From the NCBI RefSeq assembly GCF_000315625.1, contig NW_005434649.1, forward strand, positions 495,828 to 559,827: DNA of 64,000 nucleotides. Direction: 5' to 3'. The position numbers were made by a program, and so were the translations under genes. The DNA comes from Guillardia theta CCMP2712 (taxonomy: Eukaryota > Protista > Cryptophyta). Positions within the stretch are counted from its first letter, which is position 1, and every line of letters starts with the position of its first letter. Below, in pieces: positions 35,823 through 48,557 of this stretch. A model generated the notes under the pieces. It searched no databases. It was given only the letters and a program-made list of their open reading frames with translations, and had not been told where the DNA came from.

Positions 35823-36059
35823 GTCGGCAAGACTTCATCTGAGAATCGAACCTTATGCGAAGCTTGTCCCGTCGGCAAGTTCGGAGTGGAGGAGCAGGGG
35901 AACGTGTCTTGCGCTGCCTGTCCTTCGGGGAGATACCAGGACAAGGAGGGGCAGGTGGAGTGCGTTCCTTGTCCAGCTGGCAGCTACGGGAATGACACCC
36001 AGCAGACGGCCTGCTACACGTGCCCAGCAGGTCTCACAACACAGACGTCAGGGGCGGCG
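35823..36059 (+). CDS. Exon encoding Cys-rich GCC2/GCC3 (ephrin-receptor-like) repeats; truncated by assembly gap
   Basis: CEACPVGKF...CAACPSGRYQDKEGQVECVPCPAGSY...CYTCPAGLTT, running into the N-run. Confidence 0.7.
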
Positions 36060-36060
36060 A

Positions 36061-36160
36061 NNNNNNNNNNNNNNNNNNNNNNNNNNNNNNNNNNNNNNNN
36101 NNNNNNNNNNNNNNNNNNNNNNNNNNNNNNNNNNNNNNNNNNNNNNNNNNNNNNNNNNNN
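36061..36160. other. Assembly gap (100 N)
   Basis: Run of exactly 100 N. Confidence 1.
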
Positions 36161-36894
36161 CCCCCCCCCCCACCTCCTCCTCCTCCTCCTCCTCCTCCTC
36201 CTCCTCTGATCGCGTCTGATTGTGACCATGGAATCCTGGCATTCCCTTCATTTCCTGCCCCTGTCTTCCCTCACTCCGATTTCTCTAGCTGAACCGTGCC
36301 ACACTGTTGAGTTACAACGATATGGTGGGGGTAGTAGTTTTCGGGGGTAGTGGTAGGCCACAAAGAAGAAAAAGTCTATCTGGAAAAGGATATCCTAGGG
36401 TGGGGTAGTGAAACCTGGGGGTAGGTTGAGGCGCAAAATCAGGTCTACATTACTGCAAGCGTGAAGATATGGCGGGAAGATTGTGCAAGAGAAGGGAGAG
36501 AAGCAAGAATGGCGAGACTAGTGCGTTACAATGAGGATCTGAGAGATGTTTTCAGCTTACATGATGGCTGGTGAATAAAGACAGGAAGTGGAGCAGGAGC
36601 AGGAGCAGGAGCACGAGTAAGATCAGTGCAGCAATCAACAGTGCAGGTGAACGCAAGGGTGTAGCTGACGGAATCGCCCGCAAGAAGATTGTGTTGACGA
36701 TAGTGAGGGTAGACAACGAGGTAGTAAGGAGGTAGTATGCAAGAGCGTCGTTGACGAGCATGAAGACTCGCAGACCACCGCAAACAATGACACCATACAG
36801 AACCGACCTTCCTTTCTCCGTGCTCAAACTTGTCGCAGGGGAACGCTCTTTCGAGGCAAGGACGTAGGTGAAGAAGTGCAGCGGGAAGGGAGAG

Positions 36895-39490
36895 ATGGCT
36901 TCCCTGCTCATCCTGTACGGCTCGCAAGGAGGGTGCGCGGAGGAAGTTGCCGAAAGGCTGGGCAGGGATTGTGAGCGACGAGGATACGAGGTCCGCGTAA
37001 GCGCCATGGACGACTACGATGTTCTGTCCCTCCCCTCTGAAGGCACCATGATCGCGGTAGCGAGCACGACGGGACAGGGTGATGCTCCGGACAATATGAG
37101 GAAGTTCTGGACTTTCTTGCTGAAGAAGTCCCTTCCTGCTCACTCTCTCGCTTCCACCTCCTTCGCTGTCTTCGGCCTGGGGGATTCGAGCTATGCCAAG
37201 TTCAACGCAGTGGCAAAGCGGCTGGACAAGCGTTTGGAGATGCTGGGGGGCAAGAGGATGCTTCCTCTTGGACTGGGCGATGATCAAGACTCTGGGGGAT
37301 ACGATCAAAAGCTGGATGTTTGGGCTGTTGAGCTATGGAAAGCGCTGGCACATCTGCATCCTCTTCCGGAAGGTTCGGTGCCGGACCTGTCAGACATCCT
37401 TCCTCCTTCTCGTTTCTGCGTATCGAAAGTTGGGAAGCGAAGCCTAGGCGCAGTCGATGGACGAGAAGGCCAGCAGCTACTTGCTACGATGAAGCTTGCA
37501 CGTGGAGACTTTCATATCGCCCCTGTCCTAACGAACGTGAGCATCACGGGGGAGGGAGCAGTAAAGGAGGTCAGACACCTCGAGGTCGATCTCTCCTTGT
37601 GCAACCAGCCGTATAAGACAGGAGACATCCTGGCGGTCCAGCCGACGAATCGCCTGGAGGATGTGGAGAACTTCAGTAGGGTGATGCAACTGGATCTGGA
37701 TGAGATGGTGAAGATCGAGCCGAACCCGCAGCACAGGTCAAAGACGGCCCTCCCTGCTCTCCTCTGCGGATTTGGGCCGGTTGCCGTACGCGACATCCTC
37801 CTTGTTCACTTGGACTTCATGAACACACCTCGGAGGCACTTCTTCGAGCTGCTATTCCACTTTGCTACCGATAAGACACAGAAGGAGAGGATCGAGGAGC
37901 TCAGCAGCGTGTCCGGGAGAGACGATCTCTACGAATACTGCCAGAAGCAGAGGAGGACTTTCCTGGAGGTCTTCCGGGACTTCCCCGATGCCCGTCCTCC
38001 TCTCTCTTACCTCTTTGACATGATCCCCCCCTTGCGCCCTCGCCAGTTCTCCATCTCTTCCTCTCCCCGCGTTGCTCCTCATCGACCCTCCATCACTCTG
38101 GCGATGGTCGACTACGTCTCGCGTACCAAGATGAGGAGGGTCGGTGTATGCACATCCTACCTCAAGGAGATGCGTACATCGCCCCATCCGGACCAGCTCC
38201 TCTTCTCCATTAAGGAAGGCACCTTGAAGGTCATGGAGGAGGGCAGAGGACGGAACCTCTAACGCAGATGCCCGCAGATCCCTGGGGTCAAGAGGATGAA
38301 GGAAGGCGGAACCGTGGAGGACGAGTTGAGGATGGAGACGTCGCAACTGATCGCACCACTTATCATGGTGGCGACAGGGACTGGGATCGCTCCCTTCCGG
38401 TAGATGACTTCACTCCTCCCTCCTCCCTCCTCCCTCCTCCCTCCTCCCTCCTCCCTCCTCCCTCCTCCCTCCTCCCTCCTCCATCCTCCCTCCTCCCTTC
38501 CTCCTCCTTCTTCCTCCTTCGTTCATTCCTGAAGCCAGTGACATGCTGAGCAGATCGATTATACAAGAACGGAGGAGCTTCCGCGAAAGCCTCTGGAGGA
38601 AGGGGTTTCCTGCCCCCGAGGTACATTGCAATCTCCTCACCTTCTCTCGAATCATCCTCTCCCACAATCTGCATACGCTCCAATCTTCCCATCCCTCTCC
38701 TCCCTTTCTTCTCTCCTCGTCAACCATGTCGAGCAGAGCTGATCCCATCTGCACTGTCTGCCACTGATGCTGGAGCAGATGAATGATGTCTTGGTGTTCG
38801 GCTGTCGAACCCCACAAGAGTTTCTCTACCGGCATGCGACTGCCTTTGTTGCCCTCTTTCTTCTGACCGGTGAACAGGGCGGAGCTGGAGGAGTACGAGT
38901 CTGCAGGGCATCTCAAGCGGCTGATTGTAGCATATTCAAGGATGCAGGTGAGGAGGGAAAGAGAAAGTGCGCAAGGAGCTGCGAAATATCCAATGATGTT
39001 CTTGGGTCAGGACAAGAAAGTCTACGTACAGGACAAGATCAGGGAGGAGGCTTCTCTCCTGTGGCATGCGCTCGAGGTTCTTCCAGCTTCGTTTTCCTCT
39101 TCTCCTGCTGATGGCCCTCTGCAGGAGGGAGGAGTCATCATGGTGTGCGGCTCCTCTGACAAGATGCCACGAGACGTGCGACAGGTCGACTCTCCTGCTT
39201 CCTGCCGCATACTGGGCCCCTTCATTTCTCCTCCTCCCTTTCCCCCCTCCCCCCCCTTCCTTCTCACTCCTCTTCTCTCCCTGATCTGGCACTTATCTAC
39301 AACTCCTGCCTCCTTCCTCGCTCTGTCCTCCTGTCTCGGAAGCCTTTCAGCGCATATCCCCATGATCCTCACTCGCGAGATCCAGGCGTTCGTGGACGTG
39401 GTCAACTCTGCTGGACAAGCAGACGATGCTGAGCAGTACGTCCGGACCCTCGAAGCAACACGAAGATACTTGCAGGAGACGTGGAGCTAG
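36895..39490 (+). CDS. NDOR1: NADPH-dependent diflavin oxidoreductase 1 (NDOR1/Tah18; cytosolic Fe-S assembly)
   Basis: ILYGSQGGCAEEVA, STTGQGDAPDNMRKFW, FGLGDSSYAKFN, GLGDDQ, PRRHFF, RPRQFSISS, ATGTGIAPFR, KVYVQD, VCGSSDKMPRDV, C-terminal RYLQETWS. No N-terminal membrane anchor, unlike cytochrome P450 reductase. Confidence 0.92.
38416..38500 (+). repeat. (CCTCCCT)n intronic repeat
   Basis: 7-mer array; the same unit recurs at ~63808-63862. Confidence 0.85.
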
Positions 39491-39556
39491 TCTGAGGCCG
39501 GACTTGCTGGCGGACCCCTGCTGGGCCTTGTTGATACGGTAGCCAACCTGTTGTTA

Positions 39557-40225
39557 TCATATTTCTTCCTTTCCCGTCCTGTTGGAACGCCTGTCGTGCC
39601 ATTTCCAGTCTTCATCGCGATGCCACTGGTACCCCTTGTGCGCTCCTTTCAGCTCAACGCGCTTCCGCAACAACCTCACCACCTCCGCTGCGTCACCATG
39701 CTTGTCACTTGATGCTGGCCGTTTTCTCCTCATCGCCACAGTCAGGGCAGTTCCTCCTCCAGCATTCTCTATCGCAGCATCCGCACCGAGTTCAAGCAGA
39801 GCGTCGACCACAGCAGGATGGCTCTCCCATGCCGCATGCATGAGCGCTGTCCTGCCCATGTCGTCTTTAGAGTCGACCTCGGCTCCTAGCTCAACAAGCT
39901 CTCGAACAGGTCTCTCTAGCCCCATGGCCGCAGCTGCATGCAGTAACGTTTGTCCTCCGTCTCCTTTCCTCCGCAAGCAAGGACCGTTCTTGCCCACCAA
40001 CTCTGCCAACCCGACACCATCCCCTGACTGCAAAAGTTTGTTCCCCTGCTCCCAGTCGTCGCTACTGCATTTTTGTCCTGAGTCATCATGGATTTGACCA
40101 TTTCTCTGCCTTGCCTGCTCTTCTTGCTGCTCATGTTCCTTCGCTTTCCCTTCCTCCGCGCTGCTCGCCGCCACCATCACCGCCACCAACACAAGCAGCG
40201 GCACCAGCAGCCTTGGGCAGGGCAT
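39557..40225 (-). CDS. Signal-peptide ankyrin-repeat protein, intronless
   Basis: MPCPRLLVPLLVLVAVMVAASSA leader; GQTLLHAAA, GRTALMHAA, GGTALTVA ankyrin repeats; C-terminal KEEI. Confidence 0.88.
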   Translation of the reverse strand: MPCPRLLVPLLVLVAVMVAASSAEEGKAKEHEQQEEQARQRNGQIHDDSGQKCSSDDWEQGNKLLQSGDGVGLAELVGKNGPCLRRKGDGGQTLLHAAAAMGLERPVRELVELGAEVDSKDDMGRTALMHAAWESHPAVVDALLELGADAAIENAGGGTALTVAMRRKRPASSDKHGDAAEVVRLLRKRVELKGAHKGYQWHRDEDWKWHDRRSNRTGKEEI

Positions 40226-40319
40226 GATTCGCACTACTTATCCCGCATCCCCCCACATACCAGCACCCCGATCAGAACTTTTACTCAACACCCAGAGGAC
40301 TTTTGTCGAGACGGTCGCC

Positions 40320-42429
40320 ATGGACGGGAAGCGATGGTGGCGGGGAATGGTGGAGGAGGAGAGGAGGAGGCTCGAGGCGACAACGACGACCAGGTAAGGC
40401 GATCAGTTGATACGAAGAGGAGGGAGGGATGGAGGGAGGGAGGGAGGGAGGGAGGGAGGGAGGGAGGGAGGGAGATAGGGAGGGAGGGAGGGAGGGAGGG
40501 AAGGCATTGGAGGAAGGAGGAGATAGAGGTAAATGAGACTTTGGAAGGGCAGAGGATGTGTTAGAACAGAGTCTGCACGTGGATCAGGAGTCCTATCTCA
40601 TACAGGAATGTCATGATTGTGATGATGCAATGTGACTGCTCGGTGTGCATGTCGTTTTGCGATAGTGGCAGCGATTGCAATGACAAAACATCGGGAATCA
40701 TGTCAACTGATGGAGGTTTCGACTTCTCACCTCAACTTGGCAGCCATGCAGCGGAAGTCCAGGAGTCTGGTCCCTCTCACTTGTTTGTATGGAGTCTCTT
40801 TGATCGCGACCAAGTGGCAAGCTGACTGGACGGCTTGCCATCTCAGATCCTGTCGCACGGGCTGTCGGGGACCTCCAAGGATCTATCTTTCCTAGCGAGG
40901 ACGCTGGTAAGGCATCGCAAGGCTCTGCCTCCCTCTCACGTCTCTGCTCAGAAAGCGTCAGGCGAGAAGTTCCTCGTGCACCTTCCAGGTACCTCCTGTT
41001 GGCCCGCCATCCTCGTGTATGACCAGTAGGATCTTGAGCAGCTGTCAACGAGCGACGAACGGGCGACGGGATTCACAAGGGCGCCGCCAGAATCGCTGAG
41101 GAGATCATCCAGCTGGTGAGGGCGGTCCCCTGCCCCTCCTGTCCTCTGACGTGGTCGTGATGCAGGTGACCTACAAGCCCTCCTTGAAGAAGATCTCGAT
41201 GATAGGGCACAGGTGCGCGCGCAAGCTCCTCCCAGCACTCAACGATGACTCTCCTCCTCCTCCAGCCTCGGCGGGCTGTACCTGCGGTACTGCATGGCGC
41301 TCCTATGGGAGCTGCCGATGGGGCAGGGAAAGGAGCATGCAGGGAGAATCTGCGGGCTGGAACCTGTCCACTTCGTCACCACAGCAACTCCGCACCTCGG
41401 GGACCCTCACGGTTTCTCCAACGCACACGCGCCCAAGTTGATCAAGGAGTGGATAGGAAAGACCATGGGGAAGGTGCAGGAGGAGGAGGAGGAGGAGGTG
41501 GTGGTGGTGGTGGTGATGGTGATGGTGATGGTGGTCGTGTGGAGGGGGAGGTGGAGGATGGATGGATGGTGCAAGGGACTGACAAGTAGGATGTGAAGAG
41601 CGTGCAAGAAATCTTCTGGGAAGACAAGAGCTCCGATTTCCCCCTCGTCCCTGCCATGGCGCTGGACCCCGTCTTCCTCACTCCCCTGAGCTCCTTCCCA
41701 GTCCGATACGCTCTTGCTGGGATCTGGGTAGTCCTTCTCTCCCTTGCCTGCATCGCGTCCTCATCTGGCGAGGCAGGGCGACCCGCTGGTTTCCTTCGAA
41801 GGCGCCCTGCTGGAGCTCAACACGGACGTAGCCAAGCATCCCAAGAACGGCGTTCGAACCAAGATCATGTACACCTACGTCGCCCGGCATCTCGAGGGCG
41901 CTGAGGTGACCTTGAACCCTTCGGCCGTCTATCCTGACGTGAGCGCGCCAGCACGTGTTGTACGAGCACCAAGTGAAGCCGGCGGAAGCTGCGGACGCCT
42001 CCGGGCTCGAGGAGAACTTGACGAGAAGTCTTGAGGAGTGGCAGCGCGGAGGTCAACAGCGATGGAGCCCGTTGATCCTCTTGATGGTGAGGACGGTGAA
42101 GTTGTCAGCCCCTTCCTCTGACCTCAACCCGTCAGGCTGACTCGCTCAATCGCTGCGGGTGGAACAAGGTGGCCGTCGATTTCCGCTCCAAGAATCCCCT
42201 CAAGCAAGCAGCGCATCTAGTCCTCCTCGGCCTCTGACCCAGCCCTTCAGGTGGCTCCCCATCAACCATGCTAGGTTGTGCGCCAACGAAAAGCCTCTGT
42301 TCCGACCGGTGCTGCCCTTGACCCGGCATGTCAGTCATGAATAACATGCCCTTGCAGATTTCATGGATGTTGAGCGATGGTCAAGCTATCATGCAGGACT
42401 TGGCGGTGAAACTTGTCGGCAAGGAGTGA
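40320..42429 (+). CDS. DUF676 putative serine esterase/lipase (alpha/beta hydrolase), multi-exon
   Basis: LSHGLSGTSKDL, TGDGIHKGAARIAEEI, KISMIGH/SLGGLYLRY nucleophile elbow, FVTTATPHLG, WNKVAVDF. The start is uncertain. Confidence 0.8.
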
Positions 42430-42692
42430 GACTGGAAGTAGGAGGGGATACTTGATCCCCCAACCAAGCACTGAAGAGGGGAGATTGAGGGAGATTAAAG
42501 CTCGAGAGAATAAAGTTGATACAAGAAGACGAGTCGATCAATGCTTGTTTTACAAACCAATCGAAGTTGAACAATATGAATTAGTCTATCAATTATTTAG
42601 TAGAATGGTCAACACCTCTCAATGAAAGATTGTAGTTGATAAGGATAGTGTACAATATCAAACAACTCCAAGGATGGGGCGCACGGGCTTTT

Positions 42693-42776
42693 TTACGCTC
42701 TCATGGATTTGAGAGCCTGACGGAGATATTGCAACTCATTTCTGCAGCAAAAGAAAACGTTAGTGAAAGAGACAAT

Positions 42777-42813
<37 letters not shown>

Positions 42814-44526
42814 GAGGAGAGAGAGAGAGAGATAGAGAGATGTACCTCATAGAAGTAATGACGTTGCGTTGAGACAACAGCTCGTCTTGCATCTTGCGCT
42901 TCTCTTCTCTCAGCTGGTTGTTCTCCTCAATGAGCTTCGATTTCTCTTCCAACCAGATTTCTTCTTTGCAGTGGCATGTGTGCCCTGAGTGCTCGTAGTT
43001 TGCTGTAGAGACCGAACTAGAGGGCACCGAGTCGTAGCCATTCCGCCAGGTGTCGGCATTGCTGGCGATGGATGGTGCGATCTTGGATGTCGATTGTGAG
43101 CCCTCGAAACGATCGAAGGAGTCGAGATCAACTTTGTAACGAGCGTACAAGTTCTTGTTCAGCTTGTCCTCGTTGTTCTCGTACTCCTGCACAAGGCTCG
43201 GAATGTCCGGTATCTTGTCTGGGTTGTAGGCCGTGTAGAAGTTGAACAGTTTGGTCGCAAGTTTGGTAAACCTCGGGGAGATGCCTTCTCCGCCCTTGAT
43301 CATGAGCTTGTCCATGAAGCTTGCAGTACGAGCCATGTCCTGGAACTTCTTGTCTTCCACGGATCCAACGATTTGCAGGAACTCATCCAACACCTGCTTC
43401 GACGAGAACCGATTGATGGCGTTCAAGTGATGGCAGGAGCAGATGAGCTTGTAGTAACTCTCCGCCAGGTTCGGAGCGAACCCGCTCGACATCGGCCTCG
43501 GCAGTCTGCACTTGACGATCTTCCTCTTGCAGTACTCGAAGTCTGCAACTCGCGTCGGACTCTCCATCATCGCTTCGTCCGCCCACGGCAGCTTCTGGGT
43601 AGCAAGCTCCCACAGTATGACTCCGAGGGCCCACACGTCCACCTTGGTCGTCAAGGGGCTGGTGTGCATCTGCTCTGGCGCCATGTACGCTGGACTTCCC
43701 GAAATGGTCGTGGAGAAGTACTCGCCGTCGTCGTTCACCTTCCTCGCGCAGCCGAAGTCTGCAATCTTGACACGGCCATGCTGGTTCAGCAGGATGTTCT
43801 GAGTGCTGAGGTCACGGTGGATGATGCCCGAGGAGTGCAAGTAAGTGACGCCTTGGAGGATCTCGACTCCAAACTTCATCCGGTCGTACAGGCTCAGCCT
43901 CTTCTTCTGCATGTGCTTCTGCAGGCTGTCGCTGCACAGCTCCATCACAATCCTACGTGAGAGCAAGTTAGGACCGTGCGGCATGCGCAGCAAGAGATCA
44001 GACTAACCCAAAGTTGAGGCTGCTGCGACGATCCCTCGAAAACTGCATGGTGACTCCGAAGAGCTGTAAGACCTGATGAAACGAACCTCCATTACGGACA
44101 CAATCAAGAGGGAGAATCAAATCACGTTTGGATGGGAGAGCTGGTTCATGATGTTCAGTTCGAGGTAGGCGTTCCGAAGCTTCCACGCCAGATCGACGCC
44201 ATCATCCTTCAGTCCATGAGTCAGAGACACCGAAAGCCTCGCCATCCTTCTCAGCTCACCCGTCTGATCCTCTTCACCGCCACATTTCGGCCGTTGAGTT
44301 TGGCGCTGAAAATCATTCCTGACAAGTCATACACGGGTCAGCAATGTAAGGTGATACAGGATAGAGCTTTACCGAAGCTTCCTTTGGCAATTTCATGTGA
44401 GATGGCGATGTTCTGAGGGTTGATTGCCACGGGCTTTATAAGGTCCATGAGCATTTGGAAGTCACGTTGTGAACTGGGTGGCAGGCCATTCTTCTTGCTC
44501 CATTCCATACCCGATTCGACGGTCAT
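42693..44526 (-). CDS. Tyrosine-kinase-like (TKL) Ser/Thr protein kinase with C-terminal helical module and coiled coil
   Basis: IAKGSFG, NVAVKR, HPKRD/VLQLFG, IVMELC, HRDLSTQNILL, KIADFG, GSPAYMAPE, DVWALGVILWEL. The start is approximate. Confidence 0.9.
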
Positions 44527-46944
44527 CTCAGCATACTTGAGATCGAACAATGTAGAGTCCTGCTCGAAAAATCATCAACATCACGGCAACGTGGAGGAGA
44601 GCAGGGAACTTTTAGAATCAAATGGCAGAGTTTCGATTCAGTGCCGATCTCGTGGCCAGATGGGCACGTATCGGGAGTTTGCTCGAGCGAGAAACAGGGA
44701 ATTGAGGAGGGGAGGGAGGCAATGAGTCGGCATCCTTACCTTGATCTTTCTCTCACTCACAGGAGACAGATCTCTTGTGTAGGAGTTCTCAGTCCTCCTG
44801 CATGGAACTTCCCTTCCACGCATTTTCCGGTCCTTCCCTTTTCCCTCAGGGTACCTCCTTTACCGTCCTGACCCACTACCCCCACCCCCTCTTGTAACCT
44901 CAGCACTACCCCTGCGATGGGACCTGTCCCTGCCTTCTAGCACAAACGGTAGAATTTAACCTCGACCTTACCCACCCACCCCCTCAGAAACTTGGTGAAA
45001 ATAACCCCTATTATCAGGTAGAACTACCCCACCCTTCCATGAAAAAGAACACGTACATAAGCATTCGGCCCCCACCCCCACCCTACTGGTTGATCCCAGG
45101 CTGTAGAGATTGACCCGTGGGCTACGGCATTCCTCGCCAAACTACCCGTGAATTTGATGAACAATCCACCCCTCCTTTCACCCTCCGCACTGCGATCATA
45201 GCCTACACCCCTCCTTATATTCTTGCCACCGGCCCCGTGACAAATGATGTGCCTTGGTACCCCACCCTAAGGTAGGGTTCTTGTTGACAAAATGGAAATG
45301 CACCACCCCACCGCCTTAGGCAAAGTACCCCAGCCCCATGACCCCTGTTTGACGCATATAGAAGTTCCCGTATAGAGCTACCCCTCCCTACTGAGAGCTG
45401 CAGGCTTTCCTTTGCTACCCTCCACAAAAGGGATAATAAATGTAAATTTATGATTACAATCGTCTTTATTGTGACATCTGTTGTACTGCAGGATTTTAGT
45501 AAATGTCTCTCATCGATAGTTTTGGTACACAAAGGGTATCGTACAATACTACTTCGGCCATTCCTAAAATTGCTTTTTTCTTCTTTTTTTTGACCCTTCA
45601 ACGGTACGAATAGCCTCAACACCCGCCGTCATCGAGACGTAACCTTATTATGGTACAACTTCGCTACAACTATTGTACCGGCAATAAATGTGACTCAATC
45701 TCATTTCTACCGAAGGTCTTTTTAATATTTGTACCAGGACCAGTACCACATGCCCTTTTTCCCGTAATCATCCTCTGGTTCCGCCGTTTTAAGCTTGAGT
45801 TTGACCTTGGGTTGACCATGACTTGACTAGATTTGACCTTGTTTTGACCAGCAGAAGCCGTCAGTTCGATGTCAAATTTCTCGAAATTTGCTGGAACAGG
45901 AAAAAAAAAAAAAGAAGCAAAAATGGAAGCGCCCTGATCTGCGGTCCTCGGGTAATTTCCTCCAGGGGGTTCTAAAGAAGATGTTGTCAGTACAAGATTG
46001 AATTTGTTGCACAGAAACATCAAATTTGCTGAGGAGCTAAACGATGAATATTATCAGGTTCGGGAAACAGACAGGGGCCCGGGACGGTCAAAAATCTCAG
46101 GTCAGTTGCCTCCATTAAAGGAGTAGTCTGACAGCTTTGAAAGTTGACAGCTCGGGGCTGACCTTTTTGCTCCAGTGCCATGGCGGGACCGTGGCACCGT
46201 CGCAATAGTCATAGGGAGCCTGCCCCCGGCGGCGGTCCGATGGCGGCCCGGGCTGATCCGAGATCCAGGGCCGGGTGTCCCGGGCCGGGCCCGTGACGAA
46301 CTTCGGAACCACTCCGAGGCTCACTGCCGCCTCGGAGTCCGGCTGGGCCGGCGGGGCCGCCCGGCGGTGGAGCTGGGCCGGGCCCCGCGGCGCCCCGCCT
46401 GGCACACTGTTCACAGTGAGTCACGGACTCACTGCCCGTACGGTTCTTTCAAAGTGCCCGCAGTACGGTACTACCGGGTACTACGGCACCGGCCCGGCGC
46501 CGCGACCGTGACTGTCACGGTGAACTTGAACGCGGCCCAACCGTTGAAAGCTTTGAGTCAAGTGACTTATGACAGTGGCCGGAGGCTCAGTTGAATCTCT
46601 GACAACACTGTGACGGTGACCGTCCCGGAAAGCCTTGGAGCCGTCCGGCAGCGCGAGGCTTAGCCTGCAAGAGCGCCAGGTAGGCCAACTTCGCCGGGCA
46701 GTGGAACTATGACGATCGACTTTTGCTTGACTGGCTTTCAAGTAGTAGTATCATCGCCAGCGGGCGCCATCTGACTCGAGAAGCTAAGGTCGCAGAGTAG
46801 GTCAAAGATCACCGTCAAAAGGCCTGGAATCGAGGCATAGGTTTTCAACTTCAATTGCTCAAATTAAAATATCAAGTTTGCCTCAGCTCACTTTGAACTT
46901 TTGCGGCATCAAGTTCCCCCCAGCAAGTTCCCCCCGCCAATGAG

Positions 46945-48422
46945 CTAAGGAGAAGCTGAGCCAGATCCTCGTTTGCTTCGCTTTAGTTCCCTCGTCATGC
47001 TCTCGATGATAGAAACAGCTATGTTGTCTGCCGCATTCCCCACGTCAATCTTCACCTTTACGTCCGCCTGCTTGAACATTTCCGAACATCGCGCTTGAAT
47101 ATCTTGGAGCTCCTTCAAGCACGAATAAGAAAGGATAGCTGTCTCATTCATTCACTTCACCTCTTTGCTCCAGATGCTCTGTTGGGCGGCAAGCTTGTCG
47201 ATGTCTCTGAGCAAAACAAATTCACACCTTCACTCGCACCAGGAGGAAGTCTCGTACGCTTCAACATAGACGACGATGCCCTGATTCATCTTGCCCCAGT
47301 TTGATGGCCTCAAGACCTTTAAAAACATCTCAACGTCACGTATGGCGTGTAAACCTGCGGAAATTCCTAATACCACTCCAGCGTCGGTCGAGATCACAGA
47401 TCGAAGCAAGGCCTGCAGCTGATCTAGCACCTACTCACTGTCAGGTGTTCCAGTGAACAAGCCTAATAAAACATTCTTACCGCTTCTTCCACCTCTCGGA
47501 AAGCTTCTTCTCCCTGTAAACAACCTGTGACTGCTTTGTTCGTCTTAACAGCAGGGGTCCTTTCACCATCTTCGAAATCAACTCCTTGCTACTCTCCACT
47601 TCTCCTTGGCCAGATGCACTAGCTATTACGTCGTTCATGTTCAGGTACCTGAACCATCACAGTGCATGAGGCCTACCAACGGATTTTCGCTTACGGTACC
47701 TGTAATTTTCAAATCTTCTCGCAATAAGACTCCCGATCTGTTCGATTCCAATTGCAGGCAATCCAACGAGGTAAATACTTCGTTGCTACAACACGATCAG
47801 TTGCAAGACTTGAATGAAATTAGAACATGTATCTTACTTGCAGAATTGTCTTGCATTCTGCAGCTTTATCCATCTTTATCCATGCTGCTGCAAGTTGCTT
47901 TCCTTTCTGCTTGTCTTCTGGTGAAAGCCCCTTGTATGGATCTTTGTCACCTTTCTAAAGTGTCCAAGATAAGCATCTTCTTCAAAAAGAGCATTTGTTA
48001 ACCTTCATATTCAACCCTACCAACCTCGGACACGACCTTCTGCACTCGTACATTCAGGGCACTAACGATTGGACTAGAACCTGAAGCAAGATCACCTTTG
48101 GCCATCGTCGGAAGCAAAGTAGCAACTTGACGGAGTGTTTTTGACGCCCCAATGCAGACTGGTGAGCCTGATTGTTCCCTGATATCCGTAGCACAACGTA
48201 GGTGCATATGACATTGTCGCTAGGGTCATCAAAGCCGCCGCCGCCATGGTCGGCCTCCTTCCAGGCATTTCCTGGATTGCTTTTTTCTTTTACAGGTCGA
48301 TTTTTTTTAGCCCGCCAAAATCGAAAGTTTGTGGCACCTGCGAAATGGAAGGTTAGTAGGGGAGGACATGAAAGGCGCAAGCTTGTTGAGAGTTTTGGAC
48401 AGGAAGCGACTGCGACGAACAA
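46945..48422 (-). CDS. Hypothetical multi-exon protein
   Basis: Chain of same-strand ORFs (46945-47151, 47230-47430, 47998-48422) separated by short intron-like gaps; no recognised domain. Confidence 0.45.
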
Positions 48423-48557
48423 AGAGAGGTAAGCAAAAAGGTCTTTGTTTGATGTGCATGATACACTGTCTGACTCTTTGTGATGGAGTCACTGTTTCTG
48501 ATGTTTGCGACATTTAAATTTGTGCCCTCCAGGATTTCAAGAATCCATCTGAGATCA

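Noticed and set aside
36526-37308. 260-aa minus-strand ORF
   Set aside because: Mostly antisense to the NDOR1 flavodoxin domain; no independent domain signal.
36895-39490. Cytochrome P450 reductase or nitric-oxide synthase assignment
   Set aside because: No N-terminal TM or oxygenase domain; motifs (GDDQ, PRRxFF, ETWS end) fit NDOR1/Tah18.
46175-46594. GC-rich Arg/Pro/Gly ORFs
   Set aside because: Open in several frames because of extreme GC; treated as a non-coding CCGG-rich island.
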